A stretch of 63,564 bases of DNA, from contig CAYFRM010000040.1 of the NCBI GenBank assembly GCA_964345635.1, positions 1 to 63,564 on the forward strand. Reading direction: 5' to 3'. The translations under genes and the position numbers were made by a program. Numbering within the stretch: the stretch's first letter is position 1; every line of letters begins with the position of its first letter. Below, in pieces: positions 32,385 through 42,200 of the stretch. This stretch comes from an uncultured Clostridia bacterium. Its GTDB lineage: Bacteria > UBA6262 > WVXT01. The notes under the pieces are model-generated. The model was not told where the DNA came from and did no database searches. It was given only the letters and a program-made list of their open reading frames with translations.

Positions 32385-35300
32385 TTATTCTGTGAGGCGA
32401 CGGTAGTACTGTTTAATCAGCTCTTCATAGATTTGGGGATACTTTTCTTTGAGAGCTTCCAGAAGTTCCTGGCGGAATTCCCGGGGTGGTTGATACTCGT
32501 GAGGTTCGGGAATCTCTACGTAACCTTCCCTGAATCCCATCCTCCCTCCCGGAAGCGTCCCTCCCCTCGGCTGCAGGAAACCGACCATAGGCTTTCCTGC
32601 TCTTTTTGCCAGTTCCATCAATTTCCGGGAAGCGGAAGCAAGGCCTTCTTTTCCCTGCGCCAGATAATAGAGCGCTTCTCTCTCTTTTTCCAGGGCAGGC
32701 TCGGTCTTCTTCTCTTCCAATTCTCCCGCAGCCTTATCCATCGCCGAAGAAGCTTTTTCCATGTTAGAGATTATTTCCGGGCCAATGGCGGAAGTCTTTC
32801 CGGAAAGTTCCTCTAACTTCTGTTTCAGTCTTCCCGTGAGGCTTTCCAGGTTTTCCTGTTTTTTCGCCAGATTTTCCAGTTCCCGGAGGTCTTCTTCCTG
32901 GAATACTTCCGTTACTTCCTCTTCGAATTCCAATAACTTTGCAATCTTCTCTTCCCTGTCGCAAAGAGCAACAATCTTCTCTTCCGTTCCCGAAATATCT
33001 CTCTCCTTCCCTTCCCAATTATCCTTTAATGATAGAAGGTTCTTCTCTTGCGGGGTCAACTCTTCTTCATTTTCTTTTTCCTCAGACAACTTGGATAAGG
33101 CAGTTGAAATTTTCTCTTTTTCCTTTTCAATCTCAAGGATGAATTTGTCTACAACTACCAACATACCATTCAGGCCGGCGATACATTCTTTCAATAACTC
33201 TTTTGCCCGGCGAGGAGTCTCCCCGGACAGCTCCCTGAGAACTTCCTCCATTCTCCTTAAAACCCGGGACAGGTTTCCATAGAGAGCGGGATATACCCGT
33301 ATATATTTCAGTTTCCCCTTCAGGTCTTCCTGTAATTCTTTTCCTTCTTTTATCGCCTCCTCTTGTAGCTTAGCCAATTTCTTTAACAGGTCCTCTTGCT
33401 TCTTAAACAAAGCTTCCAGACGTTTTTTATCCAGTCGCTCGGTGCGATCAATCAATTCCTTTTCTTCGGCAATCAGTTTTTCTAATTCCTGGGAATATAC
33501 AGTTGCCTGTTGAGAAAGTTGGGGTAACTTACCAAAAGATGGGACCTGGTTGGCAGCAGCTTGCAGGACGGCCATTGTTGCAGAAAGCGTCTTAAGTAAG
33601 TTCCTGGCTATGTTCAAGGCAGATTCCAGGTCACCCTTAACAATTTTGTCCGCCATCTTTTCTATATCACCGGACATCTCTCCCAACTCCAGACTCTTGA
33701 TTGCATCCTGGTTGATGAATTCCTCGGGCAGAGTTTCCGGAAGCTGGGAGAGACTCTTTGCCAGCTGGGCCATAAGTTTTGAGATTTCCGCCAGGCTCTT
33801 CTTAAGTTCCTCCAGTTTCTGCTTGTCCATTTCTCTTCCCATCTCTTCTAACTTTTGCGTAAGATCTGCTTGACTGTCTAACAATTCCTGGGCTGTTCCC
33901 AGTACGTCGCGCATTTTCTCGTCCTGGAGGAGGTCCTGAGCCAGAAGAGACATCTTTTCCAGTTCGGAAATAATCTCGTCTTGACTATCTTTTACCATTT
34001 CCATATATTCTTTCCTGGCGGCGCCGGAAGCTTTCATCGCTTCGGTAATTCTGGATAAAGCATCTGCCATTTTTTGCTCTTTCAGATATTTTAAGTTCTC
34101 TTCCATGTTTTCATATTCTGAATATACTTGAAAATTGCCCAGGGGGTCGGCTTCCATGCGCGGAAGGAGCTTCTGTAAATAATTGAGCAAATCTTCGGTC
34201 GACTTTTCGACCTTTGCCTGGTCCGCCTGGATGCTTTTCAACTCTTCCACGCCTTTTATTTCCTCCCAGTTCTCTACTCTACTCCTGGCTAGAATCTGGT
34301 CTCCCAGAATACGCAAGATCTCCTCCCGGAAATGGTGCTCCATATCTGCGATCTCTTCATGCTCTTTAATGTAACTGAATACCTCCAGGTAATAGGTTTG
34401 GGAAAGGCTACTTTTCGGCCCGGATATAGCATCGTTGTCCCACGCTTCCAAATAATAACTGATTAGCTCACCGGGGCGCAACGGGAGATTTTCCAGCTCC
34501 CACTGATAGTCGCAGAGTTTCTGCCCCGGCGAAGATTCAAATGTTTCAATCCTCATTCTCTCCGGCTTCATCGACTCATAACTTTCCCCTCTTAACTTCT
34601 GGTATACAAGGTCTACCCGCGTTAAGCCGAAGTCATCGCTCGCCTCGTAAGCAAGTTCAACTCTGCTCTTCTCTGAGACTGTCAGGTCGCAACCAGGGGC
34701 AATAATCTTTATCTGCGGGGGGTTGTCGAGAAGCGTCCTTATGTAATGCCTAATGGGGCGAGGATTCGTATACCCCTGGGCATCCTCCACTTCCACCCAG
34801 TAGACCTTCTCGCCGGTGAGAACCAAATACCCTTTAAGGTACGAATCTCTCTCAATTTTTAGGGGTATTCTCTTCCCATCATCGGTCAGAATGAATCCTC
34901 TTCTTATGGGCTTATTGGCCTGCAAAGTCATATGCACCTGAGTTCCCAGCAACGCCTCAAGGTTCCCGCCGGTCTTCTCCACCTTCAGCTCAGGCAATCC
35001 TGTATAAGAAGGATAGATGTATTCCAGAGAAATGTCTCCCACTTCGGGAAGGATAACTACGCTGATAGAGTAAGCCGGCGTGCGCAAATCTTTCCATTTA
35101 ATAAAATAATCTATCGGTTGAGTAATTCTGGAGAAATTGTAGAAGAAATCACGAATTTCTCCCTGGGGATATGGCTCTCCCAGCATTTTGGCTTTTTGCC
35201 AGTTACCTCCCGAAATCTTATATATTAAATAGGGAGTTCCCCCTCTCTGGAAAATCTCCACTCCGATTCTCTGGCTTTCCCCATGCAACACTTCTACATC

Positions 35301-35903
35301 CCCCGGAATAACCCGCACTATCCGATTCACTTCCTGGTAATCTAAAGGTCTGAATAGCCGGGGAAGTGCAAAGGGAAGAATACGCGGTGGAAAAAAGAGA
35401 AGAAACGAGAAAATAAGAAAGACTGAAAGACTTAAGAAGAAAAGTTTCTTAAGGCGCTTTATGTCTTCTATCTCAAAAGTGCTGACTATTCTCGCCTTTT
35501 GGGAGGTCCTTCTAATGAGTTCGCCAATCAGTGCTTTGGATACGTAGACTTCATCCTCGGAACTCGCCAGGGGAAACAGTTGTATGGAATTTATGAAATC
35601 GTCCTTTAATACGGGATACCTTTTCTGAATTTTGAGAGCAATCTTGCCGTCGGTCAAAGGGGAAAGTAAAGGAATCGCAACAAATTTCGCTAACAGGATA
35701 ATAATGGAAAGAATAAGACCTATCAGTAGAAAGAGGCGCACCTGCGAATTAAAGGAAATTGAATAGTCCAGGACGCTAAAGACTATTACCAGTGCCAACA
35801 GAATGGAAAAAGACAAAAGAATTCCTTCCAGCAAAGCTTTAATTCTTATCCACCTTCTGATCTTACCCATTATTCTAACCAATTGGAAATAGGCGTCGAC
35901 CAT
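32385..35903 (-). CDS. Giant membrane-anchored coiled-coil protein (DUF4175-like), last gene of the MoxR operon
   Basis: 1172 aa. It has 3-4 N-terminal TM helices, a beta-rich middle, about 600 aa of E/K/L-rich helical sequence, and a conserved-looking tail EPHEYQPPREFRQELLEALKEKYPQIYEELIKQYYRRL. Confidence 0.7.
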   Translation of the reverse strand: MVDAYFQLVRIMGKIRRWIRIKALLEGILLSFSILLALVIVFSVLDYSISFNSQVRLFLLIGLILSIIILLAKFVAIPLLSPLTDGKIALKIQKRYPVLKDDFINSIQLFPLASSEDEVYVSKALIGELIRRTSQKARIVSTFEIEDIKRLKKLFFLSLSVFLIFSFLLFFPPRILPFALPRLFRPLDYQEVNRIVRVIPGDVEVLHGESQRIGVEIFQRGGTPYLIYKISGGNWQKAKMLGEPYPQGEIRDFFYNFSRITQPIDYFIKWKDLRTPAYSISVVILPEVGDISLEYIYPSYTGLPELKVEKTGGNLEALLGTQVHMTLQANKPIRRGFILTDDGKRIPLKIERDSYLKGYLVLTGEKVYWVEVEDAQGYTNPRPIRHYIRTLLDNPPQIKIIAPGCDLTVSEKSRVELAYEASDDFGLTRVDLVYQKLRGESYESMKPERMRIETFESSPGQKLCDYQWELENLPLRPGELISYYLEAWDNDAISGPKSSLSQTYYLEVFSYIKEHEEIADMEHHFREEILRILGDQILARSRVENWEEIKGVEELKSIQADQAKVEKSTEDLLNYLQKLLPRMEADPLGNFQVYSEYENMEENLKYLKEQKMADALSRITEAMKASGAARKEYMEMVKDSQDEIISELEKMSLLAQDLLQDEKMRDVLGTAQELLDSQADLTQKLEEMGREMDKQKLEELKKSLAEISKLMAQLAKSLSQLPETLPEEFINQDAIKSLELGEMSGDIEKMADKIVKGDLESALNIARNLLKTLSATMAVLQAAANQVPSFGKLPQLSQQATVYSQELEKLIAEEKELIDRTERLDKKRLEALFKKQEDLLKKLAKLQEEAIKEGKELQEDLKGKLKYIRVYPALYGNLSRVLRRMEEVLRELSGETPRRAKELLKECIAGLNGMLVVVDKFILEIEKEKEKISTALSKLSEEKENEEELTPQEKNLLSLKDNWEGKERDISGTEEKIVALCDREEKIAKLLEFEEEVTEVFQEEDLRELENLAKKQENLESLTGRLKQKLEELSGKTSAIGPEIISNMEKASSAMDKAAGELEEKKTEPALEKEREALYYLAQGKEGLASASRKLMELAKRAGKPMVGFLQPRGGTLPGGRMGFREGYVEIPEPHEYQPPREFRQELLEALKEKYPQIYEELIKQYYRRLTE

Positions 35904-35912
35904 CTTTTCCTC

Positions 35913-38129
35913 TTACATCATACCGCTTCTGCGGCGCACATACCATTCTATGCCCAGCAATATGCACAATATGATAAAAATAGAGGGGTTATTCCACACA
36001 GCCACCACTCTCTTCACCACAGGCTGAGCCTCTCTCGCTTCCGGCAAGCTGATTTCTTCTGTTTTAATGCTACCGATATGAAAATATTTTCCTCCCGTTA
36101 AATCCGCCAGTTCTCGCAAAAGAGGTTCGTTCAGTTGAGCATTTTCCCACTCCAGAGAAGGAATTGCCACTTTACAGGAAACAGTGTCCCTGCCCAGAAC
36201 CCTTGAACCTTCCCGGGCTGTAGCAGTAAATGTATACTTTCCTTCCTTCCCGGACAAATAATCGGTTCCATATTCTCCCCGTCTCTCTTTTGGTGCAGCG
36301 CTTCCCAGATCAATCCTCGTTCCTGAAGGATCTACCAATTGTAAATAGACCCGCGCATGTTCACTCGGCCTATAATATCGGTCAAACACTGTCGCAGACA
36401 AAAGAATCTTTTCTCCTTTTGTATAGTTTTCCTTATCCGTACTTAGATGTACGAGTTTCAATTGGGGAGATTTCACCAGCCAGTGAACCGCCTGATGCCA
36501 GAACCGTTCATAGTGGGAACCTGTGCCGCCTCGCGCCCGGGCCTGAAAACGCCAGCGCCAGGTGCTGTTGGAAGCCACACTCATTACTCTTCCCTTGCCT
36601 TTTTCCCAAACGGCAACTATCACTAGATTTCCGTATTTGTTTTTAACTAAAGGGTGGACTCCCAAAACTATGGCTTCAGGCTTCGGCCTCAATAGACGAT
36701 TGCAGCCATCCAACTCCGGCATTGCTGCCCATATCTTGCTATTTTCTCCCGGGTTGTCCGATAATTTCAGTATCGGATGCGTGGTTTCTCGGGCCAGCAT
36801 TTTGAACTCTCCCTCTATAATGTTTCCGCTTACGTCCTCCATTTCCACCGGCAATATCTCTTCCACGGGTGTTCCCTTATATCTTCCCCGGGCAAAGGAG
36901 TTATCTCCTCCTATCATCAGAAAGCCTCCCCCCGTTTCCATGACAAATTTTCGAATGTTTTCCAGATACGTTTTGGGAATCCCGAACCGGGTATAGGTAA
37001 AGTTTTCGAAAATAAGTAAATCGAAGTTGAATATCTGTTTAGTAAATATCTCTGTTGTAGGAAAAGGAATCAAGGAGAGCTGATTCTCCGGAACCAGGGA
37101 GATATTTTCGGGATTGCGCAAAATTATAAAAGAGACAAGTTCTATGCCCGGGTCGCTTTTCAAAGCAGTCCGCAAGAATTTGTATTCCCAGCTTGGCTGC
37201 CCACAGATGTAGAGAATCCTGATCTTGTCCCGCAGCACCTGGAGTGTGAAATCTTTTCTATTATTGGCAAAAGAGATTTCCCCACTATAAGAGGGAAGGG
37301 AAACCGTATAGTGGGAAGAGCCTGGCGAGCGGGGAGTGAAGTGCAAACTCAAAGTGACTTCATTTTCCCCTTCCGGCAGGCGAATTTTCTTTGTCTGGAG
37401 TATTTCCGCCTCCTTCTTCAAAATAACCGATATCTCCTTATTTTCGAATCCGTAGCTTTTTATCTTTACCCCTATTTCCGTAGGAATATTCTTGAACACA
37501 AAATCGCTAACTTGAACTTCGGAAATTTGCAGGTCCTTGAATTTTTGTGGATTACCCACGCCTACGGGAAAAATGGGAGCGCCAATCTTTTCCGTCACCA
37601 GAAGGGGATCTATTCCCGAATTATGAGCTCCGTCCGTAAGGAGAAAAATTCCCCCCAGTCTCTGGCCGCGAAGTTCTTCTTCCAAACCACCCAGAGCCTG
37701 GCCGATATCCGTCGCTTTTCCCTGCGGAACCGACTGCAGCAGTTCTTCCGTCGTAGCCCGCCTGAAGGTGGAGGCGAAAGCGAAGAAGAGAAGATTGTAT
37801 CTCTCTTTTAATCCTTCCACCAGAGGACCCTTTAGAAATTCTTTGACCACAGAGAACCGGGAAACGGGATCTTTCACTCCCATGCTGCCGGAATCATCTA
37901 TCAAAAAAGCGACGTTTGTCTGCTCATCCGGCTTTTCCTGTATAGTTTTTACCGGCTCAAGCAGAAGAAATACTAAAAGGAGATAAATCAACAACCTCAG
38001 GACAAAAAATAGACTTTTTCTTTTCCCTATCCGTTTGAAATTCCAATATAATAGAACCGCCAGGACAAGGATGGTAGCCATTATCAGCCACAGTCTATTA
38101 GGGTCTAAAGAAAAACGGAGAGCACCCAT
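35913..38129 (-). CDS. Membrane protein with vWA domain and class-I glutamine-amidotransferase-like domain
   Basis: 738 aa. Two N-terminal TM helices, MIDAS motif AFLIDDSGSMG, a later IRILYICGQPSWEYKFL...FLMIGGDNSF segment (GATase1-like fold), and a C-terminal TM. Confidence 0.7.
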   Translation of the reverse strand: MGALRFSLDPNRLWLIMATILVLAVLLYWNFKRIGKRKSLFFVLRLLIYLLLVFLLLEPVKTIQEKPDEQTNVAFLIDDSGSMGVKDPVSRFSVVKEFLKGPLVEGLKERYNLLFFAFASTFRRATTEELLQSVPQGKATDIGQALGGLEEELRGQRLGGIFLLTDGAHNSGIDPLLVTEKIGAPIFPVGVGNPQKFKDLQISEVQVSDFVFKNIPTEIGVKIKSYGFENKEISVILKKEAEILQTKKIRLPEGENEVTLSLHFTPRSPGSSHYTVSLPSYSGEISFANNRKDFTLQVLRDKIRILYICGQPSWEYKFLRTALKSDPGIELVSFIILRNPENISLVPENQLSLIPFPTTEIFTKQIFNFDLLIFENFTYTRFGIPKTYLENIRKFVMETGGGFLMIGGDNSFARGRYKGTPVEEILPVEMEDVSGNIIEGEFKMLARETTHPILKLSDNPGENSKIWAAMPELDGCNRLLRPKPEAIVLGVHPLVKNKYGNLVIVAVWEKGKGRVMSVASNSTWRWRFQARARGGTGSHYERFWHQAVHWLVKSPQLKLVHLSTDKENYTKGEKILLSATVFDRYYRPSEHARVYLQLVDPSGTRIDLGSAAPKERRGEYGTDYLSGKEGKYTFTATAREGSRVLGRDTVSCKVAIPSLEWENAQLNEPLLRELADLTGGKYFHIGSIKTEEISLPEAREAQPVVKRVVAVWNNPSIFIILCILLGIEWYVRRRSGMM

Positions 38130-38149
38130 AGTTAACTCCCTCTTAACAG

Positions 38150-38305
38150 AACGTAATCCCAGTGTGGCCCTTTACCCCGTTAGAAATTCCCCCAAGAGAA
38201 TTTCTAACGTCCATTTCTAACGGGGTTTATGGGCGTCCCGATTTATCGGGACGGGGACAAGCCCCTACACTACAAAACCATTACGGGCGTAAAGCCCTGC
38301 ACCAC
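38150..38305. repeat. Composite structured repeat: 59-bp core (38167-38225) plus additional GTAG-type units and a hairpin
   Basis: The core is 57/59 identical to 60118-60176. CCCTACACTAC occurs at 38263-38273 and TTACGGGCGTAAAGCCCTGCACCAC at 38281-38305. Hairpin GTCCCGA-TTTA-TCGGGAC at 38236-38253. Confidence 0.85.
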
Positions 38306-38315
38306 GAAAGTTTGT

Positions 38316-39089
38316 TCAGGGTGCGGTCTTACGAATTTTCAATTTTTGTTGAATATACGGTTGATGAATGGCATCCCTTTTATACGTGCCGGTCAGAGAA
38401 TAGATGACAATATTCAAGAAGAGTTTCATTGCTTCCAGTCTCTGCAATTCTCCGCCGGGAACGCATTCGTAAAGCCAGTTTCCTAATCTATCCCTCACCC
38501 ACGTTCCTCCCAGGTCATTCCGGGAGTAGATTACCACTGTTTCACCGTCGACATCTATGCCTTCCAGATAAGGACTGCCTACTCTACGGCCAACCACGCC
38601 GGGCGATAGATAAAACGAACGAAAAACCGCGTGGTCCGGGAGCAGTCTTTTTAGTTTCTCTTCCGGGAAAAGCCTTTCCATTTCCCTCAGCACTGCCCTG
38701 TTAAATCCCGGATCTCTCCCTCCCGAAGCATCGTCAATTAACAGCAGGCCTCCGCAGGATAAATAACGCCTGAGATTCTCTATTTCTTGCGCAGCGAAGG
38801 GGGCAAATTCCTCCCTGCCGCTCATATACAGAAAAGGAGAGAAAAAAAGTTCCGCATCGCTCAATGACAACTCTCTTCTCGCTCTTTGAGCCTTCACACT
38901 GGTAGTTGTCGTCAGGTAATGGAGAATCTCCTTATACGCAGTGGGGTAAGGGTCCCAATCTCCTCCTTTATACCGCAATTGGCTGAACACAAACCTGTCC
39001 CTCTGCTCGGCCGGAAGAGGACTGGCAATCAAACTGCAAACAACCATAGCTATAACGAGTAGCGAGCCTGACTTCTTATCTGCCATCAC
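38316..39089 (-). CDS. Secreted DUF4159-like protein
   Basis: 257 aa. Signal peptide, FVFSQLRYKGGDWDPYPTA motif as I remember it for DUF4159, and LLLIDDASGG. Confidence 0.65.
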   Translation of the reverse strand: MMADKKSGSLLVIAMVVCSLIASPLPAEQRDRFVFSQLRYKGGDWDPYPTAYKEILHYLTTTTSVKAQRARRELSLSDAELFFSPFLYMSGREEFAPFAAQEIENLRRYLSCGGLLLIDDASGGRDPGFNRAVLREMERLFPEEKLKRLLPDHAVFRSFYLSPGVVGRRVGSPYLEGIDVDGETVVIYSRNDLGGTWVRDRLGNWLYECVPGGELQRLEAMKLFLNIVIYSLTGTYKRDAIHQPYIQQKLKIRKTAP

Positions 39090-41272
39090 AAACTACCTTT
39101 TCCCCGTGGATTCGCCAGAAACACTTCTAAGAGTAAAAATCCTACTAAGACAAAAGTCAAATTCTTGGATATTTCCTTCCCGTATAAGAGTTGTAAGATA
39201 TCCTTTTCCAAATTCGCCAGCTCATCGATTATCTTAATCGGGGCAGCGGGAAAAAGTTTCTTTATCTCTTTAGTTCCTATTTTGTCCAGGTTAGACTCAT
39301 TGCTTTCTATATCGAGGTTAACAGCCAGGTATTCGTTATTCCATTTTCTATTGCTTGTGTACGACAGCCGGTAGATACCGGGCGTCTCCACAGGGCCAAA
39401 TTCTATACCCGAGAAATCTCTGTTCTGAACGGGAATCACGGAAAACTTTTTCCCCTGAGGGTTGATTATTTCCACAGACGAGGGTAATGCTCCCGGACCC
39501 AGTTCATAGCGTATCTCCTCACCAACAAGAAAAGCACTGCCGGGTTCCCCCCTCGAGGTACAGAGGGCCATATAATCAACCATCCGCTGGAGCAAAGGTA
39601 AAAAGACGGGTTTGGCAGGCAGGTTATTCCAGTCCCGGTCTAAAGTAGAAGTGAACAGAAACACCTTGCCTGCTCCGGGGTAGGGCAGTTCGCCTTCTAT
39701 AAGTAGAGGTATATCGCCGGCAAGACCGAGAACTATCTTTGCCGATGGTTTAACCCGGGTGGCGAAGTATCGGTAGAAACTTGCCCGGGTTAAATCTCCC
39801 TCTTTCCCCCGTCCAAAAACTTTAAGGACAGGGTGAGCAAAGTCCTGAAAACCAATTGTCTTGAGTTCTTTTTCTCCTTTAGCTTTCCCTTTAACCTCTA
39901 TCAGCTCAGCTGGCAGGAGATCGCCAAAAACAAGATTATATTCTTGAGGGTTAACGTTATCGCCGAGGCTGAAGACTACCCCCCTTCCTTCCCGCACAAA
40001 ACCGGTGAGTCTGCCTGTTAAGGAGCTGGTAACCTTTCCCACATTGGCCAGAAAGACTACGGAAAAATCATCCAATTTCTCCCGGAAAAACTCATCCACC
40101 GTTACCACCTTCACCGCCAGCGATGACTGAATAGGGGAAACTTCTGAGGTGGTCGGTGAAAGGCTGAGCGACAAATAGAATGTCTCGCTGGAAAAAGCGG
40201 AAATTCCCGGATGCCCATCAACCAGGAGTACCTTGATCTTCTTCGACGCTTCCGTTATAAAGTAGAATCTATTATCGGAAGGGAGATTATCTTCCTGAAT
40301 CTCTACCTTTCCCAGATAGGTTCCCTCTTCGGGGAAATTATAGAAAAAATCCTTAGTGGTCTCTCTCGCTGCTTTTAAATCCATGAAGCCCTGGCCCACT
40401 TTCTCTTGACTTTCTTTACCAATTTGAAACCTGCCCGGGGATTCCAGAAAAACTGAAACAAATAGACGGGGAATGTTCTCTTTAGAATAATTTCTTATTT
40501 TAGACGATATTTCGGAAGTCTCCCCTATGGTCAGCCGGCGACAACCGACTCCGGACACCGCAATATTGGGAAGCGATTCCCTGTTCAAATCGATAACAAT
40601 AAAGTTCATTTCCGGGTCGAACTCCTTTATACTCTTTTCATCAATTCCCTGCCACCCGTTAATTCCCAAATCCGTAATCAGGATAATTTCTCTATTTGGT
40701 GATGCGGACTCCCGGAGAATTTTATACCCCTCGGAGATACCGGGAAGGAGATTCGTAGGACGGAAACTCAAAATACCTTCCTCCAGCCTCTCCCGGAGAA
40801 TCTGTTTGTCGTCAGTGAGATAAGAGACCAAAGGCTTAACTTCGTCGGAAATCAAAAAGATTGCGGCGCGGTCACCTCTTTTGCTCATTTCAATAATGCG
40901 TCTTGCCACCTTTTTGGCCAGAGCAAAGCGGGTTTCTCCTTCTTCCACGTATCCCATGGAATAAGAATTGTCGATGAGAATTACACTGGAGCGCGAGACG
41001 CCTTCCGCCTGCGCAAACAGAGGCATTCTCCTCACCACGGGCCTGGCGAAAAGAAGAGTTAACAGGAGAAGAATGAGAGACCTCAATATAAGTAAGAGTA
41101 GCTGCTTCAATTTGAACTTTCTTACTACCGTTGTGGAGGCTAATTGAATAAACCTGACAGAAGAAAATTGGGAAGTTACCGGTCTTCTGCGGGAGAGGAG
41201 ATGGATAAGTAGGGGAACGGAAACTACCGGCAATCCCCACAAGAATGACGGATTCAAAAATGTTACGTTCAT
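39086..41272 (-). CDS. BatA-type N-terminal double-TM protein with vWA domain
   Basis: 728 aa. FLNPSFLWGLPVVSVPLLIHLLSRRRP (aerotolerance-regulator N-terminal type), MIDAS motif VILIDNSYSMGY, and a C-terminal TM anchor. Confidence 0.75.
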   Translation of the reverse strand: MNVTFLNPSFLWGLPVVSVPLLIHLLSRRRPVTSQFSSVRFIQLASTTVVRKFKLKQLLLLILRSLILLLLTLLFARPVVRRMPLFAQAEGVSRSSVILIDNSYSMGYVEEGETRFALAKKVARRIIEMSKRGDRAAIFLISDEVKPLVSYLTDDKQILRERLEEGILSFRPTNLLPGISEGYKILRESASPNREIILITDLGINGWQGIDEKSIKEFDPEMNFIVIDLNRESLPNIAVSGVGCRRLTIGETSEISSKIRNYSKENIPRLFVSVFLESPGRFQIGKESQEKVGQGFMDLKAARETTKDFFYNFPEEGTYLGKVEIQEDNLPSDNRFYFITEASKKIKVLLVDGHPGISAFSSETFYLSLSLSPTTSEVSPIQSSLAVKVVTVDEFFREKLDDFSVVFLANVGKVTSSLTGRLTGFVREGRGVVFSLGDNVNPQEYNLVFGDLLPAELIEVKGKAKGEKELKTIGFQDFAHPVLKVFGRGKEGDLTRASFYRYFATRVKPSAKIVLGLAGDIPLLIEGELPYPGAGKVFLFTSTLDRDWNNLPAKPVFLPLLQRMVDYMALCTSRGEPGSAFLVGEEIRYELGPGALPSSVEIINPQGKKFSVIPVQNRDFSGIEFGPVETPGIYRLSYTSNRKWNNEYLAVNLDIESNESNLDKIGTKEIKKLFPAAPIKIIDELANLEKDILQLLYGKEISKNLTFVLVGFLLLEVFLANPRGKGSL

Positions 41273-41275
41273 TTC

Positions 41276-42172
41276 TCACCTTAACATTTTTCTTCTGGCA
41301 AGGTAGGCTCCCAGGGCAAAATCGAGAGGAGTTTTTGTGTTAATAAGACAATAATCTATATCGCTTCTCAGGCAACTCAACTTGTACTTTTCCACAAATT
41401 CTTTTACCACCCTCTTATACCTGTCCCGGATAATCGCCGGATGAGTAAGAACTCTCTTTCCGTTCTCCATATCCTCCAGCCAGAGAACGTTATTAAATGG
41501 AAGTTCCATCTCCGCGGGATCGAGAAGGTGAAAGACGATCACTTCGTGTTTCTTGAACCGGAAGTACTTCAGACCGTTCACAACCCTCTCCTGTTCGTCC
41601 AGGAGATCAGAAATCAGAATAATCAATCCCCGTCGCTTGGTATATTGCCCCAGCTCCCGGAGAGCGCGATTTATTCCCGTGGCGGAAGATGAAACCAGTC
41701 TCTCCAGCTCGTCCAGAATTAGCGAAAGATGGCCTTTGCTCTGCCGGGGAGGAATATAAGTTTTAATCTTCTCATCGAAAGTGGCCAGTCCCACCGAATC
41801 CTGTTGTCTGAGCATAAGGTAAGCCAAGGAGGCCGCTAAATAGGAGCCGTATTGAAGCTTACTTATTCCTTTGCTCACGTATCCCATGGAGGCGCTTCTG
41901 TCAAGGAGAATATATCCCTTCAAGTTTGTCTCTTCCTGATATTGTTTCACGAAATACTTATCTTTCCTTCCGTAGACTTTCCAATCTACGTGTCTGGTTT
42001 CGTCCCCCGGGGAGTATTCCCTGTGCTGCGCAAACTCCAGACTAAAACCTCTATAAGGGCTCTGGTGCAGTCCGGCGATAAATCCCTCAACCACAAATCT
42101 CGCTCTCAGAAGCATAGTCGAAAGCCTGGCCACAATCAGGGGGTCTATATAACCTCTCTTTCTCTCTTCCAT
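41276..42172 (-). CDS. DUF58 protein (vWA-like, MoxR partner)
   Basis: 298 aa. GFSLEFAQHREYSPGDETRHVDWKVYGR and ILLDRSASMGY motifs. Confidence 0.85.
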   Translation of the reverse strand: MEERKRGYIDPLIVARLSTMLLRARFVVEGFIAGLHQSPYRGFSLEFAQHREYSPGDETRHVDWKVYGRKDKYFVKQYQEETNLKGYILLDRSASMGYVSKGISKLQYGSYLAASLAYLMLRQQDSVGLATFDEKIKTYIPPRQSKGHLSLILDELERLVSSSATGINRALRELGQYTKRRGLIILISDLLDEQERVVNGLKYFRFKKHEVIVFHLLDPAEMELPFNNVLWLEDMENGKRVLTHPAIIRDRYKRVVKEFVEKYKLSCLRSDIDYCLINTKTPLDFALGAYLARRKMLR

Positions 42173-42200
42173 TTCTAACTCCTATCGCCGCCTGCCAAAA

